Shown here in pieces: positions 34,500 through 37,335 of a stretch of 37,335 nucleotides of DNA. Position 1 is the first letter of the stretch. Every line of letters starts with the position of its first letter. Source of the DNA: Folioceros fuciformis (lineage: Eukaryota); contig JBNGIO010006013.1 of the NCBI GenBank assembly GCA_049999805.1, positions 1-37,335 on the forward strand, written 5' to 3'. A program made the translations under genes and the position numbers. The notes beneath the pieces are model-generated. The model was not told the origin of the DNA, made no database searches, and saw nothing but the letters and a program-made list of their open reading frames with translations.

Positions 34500-34841
34500 A
34501 TGGCAATCGGAACGGGACGGCCCAGCGGCGTGATTCTCTCGCTGGTCCTCATGGTTGTCTTCGTCAATCGGGCAGCAAGCCAGTCTGACGAGCCCTGTGA
34601 TGAATTCTTACCTATTGCTGTGACTCGGCTCGCGCAATGCATGACCACATCCCTCCCCAATCCAGACCTTCGGGCTTGCTGCGACCAGGTGAGCGATTAC
34701 CTGATGCAACACACCAACGACAACTGCAACACATACGACATTCCCGGATGTGAGTCGTACTGCTCGGAGAACGCCCGGTTCACCGACGCTCCGGAGAAAG
34801 CAGATGCTCTTGGCGGTCCCGCTGCGACAAAGCTTCCTTGA
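34500..34841 (+). CDS. Small secreted cysteine-rich protein (prolamin/nsLTP-superfamily-like), 113 aa
   Basis: Hydrophobic signal GVILSLVLMVVFVNRAAS, then C-x13-C-x12-CC-x14-C-x7-C-x3-C. Similar to the ORF at 36353. Confidence 0.65.
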   Translation: MAIGTGRPSGVILSLVLMVVFVNRAASQSDEPCDEFLPIAVTRLAQCMTTSLPNPDLRACCDQVSDYLMQHTNDNCNTYDIPGCESYCSENARFTDAPEKADALGGPAATKLP

Positions 34842-36352
34842 TCCTCTCTCACTACATGTATCGAGCTCAGCATGGCCGTGAATTCTCCTAGGTAGCTAGC
34901 GATTGTGAAGGATTTGCAGTTGTACCTCTCGATACTTGATCGCCACACGTTGATAGCACTAGCGTTGTTTACCGCACCTGCCTCCGAGCTTGTCTTGAAG
35001 CAATGCCATGTTCACTTTACAAGACATGTGCTGCAATTTCCATCTGTTTGCTAAGAGCTTGGTCTCGCGTGCATCTGTGCCTCTCTCGCGTCCATGTGGT
35101 CTACATTTCTCACGGGGTCTGTGCTTCAATCATCAAGCTCATCGTAGCAGCAGCGATCGTGAAAGTGCATGCGATGACTCGGTGTCAAAGCCCATTTCGT
35201 GTTTCTGTGTCGATCATTGTTAGACAGTGAATCTTGCTCGACATTGAGCATGACGGCATCATCCCAAGAGCGTGGCTTCCCGAGGCACGTCATGCCTCAC
35301 AACTATTCAGCGGAACATCTGGCAGTGAAAATATATATGGTGACCAAATTTTATAGAAAATCAGTTGACATCGTCTTGTCTCCAGGGACGACTGAACCTG
35401 CACCACACGGACGCGGGGACAAGGAGATGAGAGCACGGGATGGGATCTGGGATAGAGCAGGGTGCTCGGGCGGTGTTGATGCTTCCCCACAAGCATGGGC
35501 CATGCATGGATAGGTGACATTACCCTGACCTCATATCATGGCTCAAAGTTCCCGCAGGCCGTGGTTGGTTACAGCATGTAACACACACACAGAGCGGCCT
35601 GCCCAGCGAACTAACAGTCGCTCACCCACATCGTTCGCCCGTCCCTTTCCACTGCAACAGCAACAGCGCGCCGCTCTCTTGGGCAAGAATGGGAAGATGC
35701 CTCACAGATGACACGCCACAAGAGTTGTTGAAGCCCTCTTTTCTGAAGTTGTGTGACGCAGCCGAAACCCCTGATCAGAAGAGCAAGCCTCGTTTTCTTG
35801 CATTTTGGGTGAATATGTGTCTGATTGTACAAATGTAAAGAAGATGCTGACATGGCCGCAGGGGAATGCCTTCGCTGGTGGGAGGAGCACGGCATTTTCT
35901 TCTTCTACGCTAGGAATGACCGCCAAAATAGGTAGTTGCGGGGCTCCCAAACCCTCCTAATAAGCACGAACCCATGCAACGCAGGCCGGGATCGGCCCAC
36001 CCAGAGAGCGAGTATGCACTGGCCATGGGACGATGCATCCGGATCCACAGGGATTGGGGTTGCTAGGGTAGAAGACCTGTGTTACCCATGGACCACGTAC
36101 GGGTTCTGATTTGTCAATGGTTCGTGCTTACAAGATTGACACACCAAGATTGCAGCGGGCAGCATGAAATTTATGGGTAGAAGTTCGGGTGACCTCAGGT
36201 TCGTCATACAAGGAAGCGAGTACTGCATGGACATAAAACCACCTGCCTGCCGAGCTAGCTGCATAGTCCACACTGCAGCTGCAGCCTTGCATCCGAGTCT
36301 CCGAGTCGGCAACCGTGGCATGCCCAGCAGTGCGCTTCTGAGTTTCAAGGCC

Positions 36353-36670
36353 ATGGCTGCACCTCAGCGATGGAATGGAAAGGCCGCCCGATTCGGAGCC
36401 ATAGCGCTCCTCCTGGTGACCAATTTCTTCTACTGCGCCAATACTGATGGCTTTGGAGCCCCGACATGTGCGGACATCTTAACGGCCGGCGCGGGTAGAC
36501 TTCAGTATTGCGAGAACTCTGCACCCGCTCCCGCTTTTGTGCAATGCTGCGAGCAGGTAGGGAGCTGGATGATGGCACAGGCCCAGTTGGGGGGCTGCCC
36601 ACAGCCGATCAACAGTTGCCTTTTCGCGGAATGTCGAACGATTGACATGTGCCAGGTCGGCGCGCCCTAA
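36353..36670 (+). CDS. Small secreted cysteine-rich protein (prolamin/nsLTP-superfamily-like), 105 aa
   Basis: Good start context (gccATGG) and signal FGAIALLLVTNFF, then C-x13-C-x11-CC-x15-C-x6-C-x4-C-x5-C. Confidence 0.65.
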   Translation: MAAPQRWNGKAARFGAIALLLVTNFFYCANTDGFGAPTCADILTAGAGRLQYCENSAPAPAFVQCCEQVGSWMMAQAQLGGCPQPINSCLFAECRTIDMCQVGAP

Positions 36671-37335
36671 GGCCCACGCCGATCCACGGTCCACGGCTTT
36701 GAAAGGGACATCTTCGATTCTGTATCTAGACGTGACCTTTATCTTTTGTGAAATGTTGGCTCGCAAACTTGCACAATTGTAACACAGCCCTTGCTGCCAG
36801 TTGTAGTCTTCTTGGATGTTCTTCACCTTTGTCAATGATCGAGTGAGATTTTGTGTGTGCAATTCGCGGAACATCCGGTCCAAGTACGATCCCCTTCCTG
36901 CCGAGATGAGAGCAATCTAATCTTCATCCTGCAGCTACTGTCACCAATTGATGCATCTGTGCAGTTTGCATTTCCATTTGCATTATGTATCTCGCGGAAC
37001 TGCCCTGCCCGCCTAATTGCTTGCTTTTCACAAACTTGCGGATTTGGGACAAAGCCTCCCTTTCCTTTCTCGGTGAGCAGGTGTAACGGAATGGGGAACC
37101 CTTAACGTGACGGGAACCTTAGACGCAGGGTGTACCGTGTCGAGTGGTAGTTCCGAACTACTCATCTTCCAGTTCAAGTTGAGCGCCATCCTTATCCCGG
37201 ATGATGTATAAAAGAAGTGTGAAGACTTGCGGAAAACTTGCCTTCCTCGATTTTTCAGCCAACGTACGAGTGAGCTCCCGAGGTGTGAAGGCCATGGCAG
37301 GGGATAGAACGAATTGCACGCGGGTAGCCCGATTC

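Noticed and set aside
31856-36670. LanC-like gene plus Cys-rich peptides as a lanthipeptide cluster
   Set aside because: Plant GCR2/GCL proteins are widespread and no LanB/LanM dehydratase is present. The peptides have signal peptides and disulfide-type spacing rather than leader/core structure.
36479-37335. Minus-strand 134-aa ORF at the right end
   Set aside because: It has a non-ATG start, overlaps the Cys-rich ORF antisense and matches no family I recognise.

Overview
Eukaryotic plant nuclear DNA, most likely a hornwort or other non-seed land plant. This is inferred from short GT-AG introns and from PPR genes with a KPAxA/HAE/GRP-type DYW:KP domain. From left to right: a spliced casein kinase II alpha gene (5' end lost in an N gap); a spliced DUF707 gene; a tandem pair of minus-strand PLS-PPR genes (one internally deleted pseudogene, one intact 797-aa gene) that join an OSB-type PDF motif to a DYW:KP deaminase-like domain; a decayed CRE-like non-LTR RT between them containing a 43/40-bp minisatellite; a full-length but inactivated Ty1/copia element (166-bp LTRs, GAATG TSD, tRNA-iMet PBS, PPT); a transposon graveyard (MULE, second copia, possible CACTA); an intronless PARP6/8-like mono-ART fused to a UBE2Q-like E2; a spliced LanC-like (GCR2/GCL1 family) gene; and two related small secreted Cys-rich ORFs. 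The most notable items are the PDF-PPR-DYW:KP architecture and the PARP-UBC fusion. All family assignments come from motif recognition by eye, with no database search.
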